The notes below the pieces were generated by a model that was not told the origin of the DNA, made no database searches, and was given only the letters and a program-made list of their open reading frames with translations. Shown one piece after another: positions 42,161 to 44,564 of a stretch of 44,564 nt of DNA (positions within the stretch are counted from its first letter, which is position 1; every line of letters begins with the position of its first letter). The DNA is from an uncultured Campylobacter sp. GTDB taxonomy: Bacteria > Campylobacterota > Campylobacteria > Campylobacterales > Campylobacteraceae. Location of the stretch: assembly GCA_900772495.1 (NCBI GenBank), contig CAAHEJ010000025.1, forward strand, positions 1 to 44,564. Reading direction: 5' to 3'. Made by a program: the position numbers and the translations under genes.

Positions 42161-43398
42161 TTCTCCAAAAACTCCACCTCATTTTGAATTTGCTCTTCAA
42201 AAGTCTCTCTTTTGCGGATAAGGCGGATTTGTCCATTTTCAAGGGCGAGTTCGCAGGGCTTTGGGCGGGTGTTGTAGTTGCTACTCATCGAAAAGCCGTA
42301 AGCCCCAGCATCTTTGATGATTAAAATATCCCCATTTTTCGCCTTTGGCAAGGCTCTATCTTTGGCGAAAAAATCCCCACTTTCGCAAATGCCACCCACC
42401 ACATCGCAAAGGCTCATTTCGCCGTCATTGTAAGGCAAGGCGATAGAGTGAAAAGCCTTATACAAGCTAGGACGCACCAAGTCGTTCATCGCCGCATCGA
42501 CAACTACAAAGCGTTTGCTAGCGTTCATCTTTTCGTAAAGCACGCTACTTACTAGCTCGCCGCTTTTAGCGACTAAAAAACGCCCGGGTTCTAGCCCTAT
42601 GGTTATATCAAGTCCGCTCAAATGCCCTAAAATTCCTTGCGCGTAATCATACAAATTCAAGCAAACTTCCTTTTCATAGCCCACACCAAGCCCTCCGCCC
42701 ACATCAAAGAATTTAAGCTCAATCTTCGCGGCTTTTAGCTCGCGCACAAGCTGTGCGGTGAGCTTTGCGGCTTCAAAAATGGGCGCTAAATCAAGCAGCT
42801 GCGAACCTATGTGAAAATGCACGCCGACAGGCTCTAAAAACTCGCTCTTTGCCGCATAAAGATACATTTTTTTCGCATCCTCCACGCACACGCCGAATTT
42901 GTTTTCAGTAAGCCCCGTGGATATGTAAGGGTGCGTTTTAGCATCGACATTTGGATTGACACGCACGGAAATTCGAGCCTTTGCGCCAAGTTTTTGCGCG
43001 ATTTTTTCAAGCAAAAGCATTTCAGCTTCACTTTCTAAATTTATGTATAAAATTCCACATTTTAGGGCAAATTCAAGCTCACTTTCACTTTTTCCAACGC
43101 CGCTAAATATGATTTTATAAGCCTTTGCCCCAGCTTTTAAAGCCCGCTTTACCTCGCCGATACTCACGCAGTCAAAGCCGCTATCAAGGTTTGCAAGCAT
43201 TTTAAGTAAGCTTAAATTTGAATTTGCCTTTATAGCGTAGAAAATTTGGGATTTTCTTGCCGCAAAAGCACCTTTTAAAGCCAAAAAATTTGCACGAATC
43301 AAATCAAAATCATAAAGATAAAAAGGCGTGCCAAATTCCTTTGCCAACGCCTTGTAATCAACATTTGTAAGTGTTTTTACTGCATTTTTTTTCATCAC
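42157..43398 (-). CDS. lysA: Diaminopimelate decarboxylase
   Basis: GTPFY.YD, YAIKAN, ISTG..ENKFG, HFHIGSQ, GGG, EPGR, GGICESGD, GAYG.SMSSNYN. Confidence 0.97.
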   Translation of the reverse strand: MMKKNAVKTLTNVDYKALAKEFGTPFYLYDFDLIRANFLALKGAFAARKSQIFYAIKANSNLSLLKMLANLDSGFDCVSIGEVKRALKAGAKAYKIIFSGVGKSESELEFALKCGILYINLESEAEMLLLEKIAQKLGAKARISVRVNPNVDAKTHPYISTGLTENKFGVCVEDAKKMYLYAAKSEFLEPVGVHFHIGSQLLDLAPIFEAAKLTAQLVRELKAAKIELKFFDVGGGLGVGYEKEVCLNLYDYAQGILGHLSGLDITIGLEPGRFLVAKSGELVSSVLYEKMNASKRFVVVDAAMNDLVRPSLYKAFHSIALPYNDGEMSLCDVVGGICESGDFFAKDRALPKAKNGDILIIKDAGAYGFSMSSNYNTRPKPCELALENGQIRLIRKRETFEEQIQNEVEFLEK

Positions 43399-43488
43399 TT
43401 TTCACAGCCTTTTTTTGTGATAAATTTTTAATTTTCGAGAGATTATTATAGCAAAATTTAGCTAAAAATGCGTTTTTGCGGGGCGAAT

Positions 43489-44151
43489 TTAGAGCAAAAT
43501 TTTCGCCGCCACAGCCACAAGTGCGCTTTGTGAGCGCAAGATATTTGGGCTTTTGAGCTTGATTATTTTTTGAAAAAGCATTCTTTCATCGTCCGTAAAG
43601 CCACCTTCTGCACCGACAAAGAAAATATCATCTTCGCAAACGCCGTTAAATTCATCAACTTCGCCGCTAAAATCTATCATTATAGCGTTAGGATAAGCCT
43701 TTGCAAACTCTTTTGTGCTTTCAAAGCGCTCAAAGCGCATTATATCAGCACGCCCGCACTGCTCGCAAGAGCTGATTAAAATCCGCCGCAAACGCTCAAA
43801 ATCCAGCACAAAATTGCCTTGCGAAAAGTGCGTATAAACCAAAATCAGCCTGCCAAGCCCAAGCTCGTTAAGCGTGGGCAAAATCCTTTCAAGCGCCTTT
43901 GGCTCGATGATACCAGCCGCAAGGCTTAAATTTGAGCTTTCAGTCTTTGCAAGCGTTTTTTGCTCCAAAACAAGCGTGCAAGAACTGCGCCCAAGCGCAT
44001 TTAGCTTGTAAGTGTATAAAAAATCATCGCGCAGGTTGCGTAAATTTAGGCTTTCTCCCACTTTTGTGCGGCGCACTTTGAGATGACAAAAAGGCTCGCC
44101 TTTCAAGCAAAGCTCGCTCACACCAGCGTTTTCGTCAAACAAAAAGCGCAT
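43489..44151 (-). CDS. rsmE: 16S rRNA m3U1498 methyltransferase
   Basis: HLKVRR, ELG, CEQCGR, VGAEGGFT, ILRSQSA. Confidence 0.9.
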   Translation of the reverse strand: MRFLFDENAGVSELCLKGEPFCHLKVRRTKVGESLNLRNLRDDFLYTYKLNALGRSSCTLVLEQKTLAKTESSNLSLAAGIIEPKALERILPTLNELGLGRLILVYTHFSQGNFVLDFERLRRILISSCEQCGRADIMRFERFESTKEFAKAYPNAIMIDFSGEVDEFNGVCEDDIFFVGAEGGFTDDERMLFQKIIKLKSPNILRSQSALVAVAAKILL

Positions 44152-44549
44152 TATGGTATCTTAAAAGAAAGGGCGAGCAAAAGCAGGCTCACAAGCAACA
44201 CAAAAAAGCTAAGCGACCTGAAAGGCTTATACCGCTTGCTTTTTCGCGCTTTTTTAAAGGCGACAAACTGAAAGATACTCAGCCCAAAAATCACTACCCA
44301 CGCCGCGAGCATATATTTCACGCTAAGGCTCAGCTCATAGTGCTTTAAGGCAAAAAGCAAAAAGCCTGTGAAAAACACCACCGCAAAGAAAAAATAATAA
44401 AGCGGCAAAAACACGCGGATTCGGCGGATAAAGTCAAATTCGGTTCTAAAATTGCCCTGAGTTAAAACCAAATAAATTAGCATTAAAGCACCGCTGACAA
44501 GCACACTATAAAGGTGCAAAGCCAAGAAAAACTGATAGCTCTCTATCAT
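44151..44549 (-). CDS. Integral membrane protein (about 4 TM)
   Basis: Hydrophobic segments, FIRRIR.FLP.YY motif; stop overlaps the rsmE start. Confidence 0.75.
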   Translation of the reverse strand: MIESYQFFLALHLYSVLVSGALMLIYLVLTQGNFRTEFDFIRRIRVFLPLYYFFFAVVFFTGFLLFALKHYELSLSVKYMLAAWVVIFGLSIFQFVAFKKARKSKRYKPFRSLSFFVLLVSLLLLALSFKIP

Positions 44550-44564
44550 TTTTCTTCACCCCCC

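Overview
A chromosomal window from a Campylobacter-type epsilonproteobacterium; the species cannot be determined here. It is mostly housekeeping genes in blocks that match C. jejuni operons as I recall them but are reshuffled: flgE 3' end; infC-thrS; rluA-like/purB/nrdA; rlmN; thyX/pyrG/recJ; zupT; an SbmA/BacA-like transporter; two glycosyltransferases; purM/coaE/dapF; and serC-xseA-ubiE-perR-dxs-fliHGF-hisC-pheA-lysA. I saw no rRNA, tRNA, CRISPR array, transposase or prophage. The unusual points are as follows. (1) thrS appears to start at a non-canonical CTG, carries a roughly 80-aa low-complexity insertion, and overlaps the TTG start of infC. (2) A family of TGTCAT-tagged palindromic repeats is present, with one inverted pair inserted in frame inside a GT4 glycosyltransferase and two copies followed at identical spacing by a hairpin repeat whose apical stem is swapped. 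(3) Four parS-like sites suggest proximity to oriC. (4) Many core enzymes carry N/Q/S/K-rich in-frame insertions, some built of RAATTY-dense DNA. (5) An orphan NlaIII/HpyI-type methyltransferase is linked to lysA by a 29-aa bridging ORF, and CATG seems absent from the window. (6) A few small accessory genes are present (DUF3781-like, TIGR04076-like, zeta-like kinase). Family assignments and comparisons to orthologs come from recall, not from database searches.
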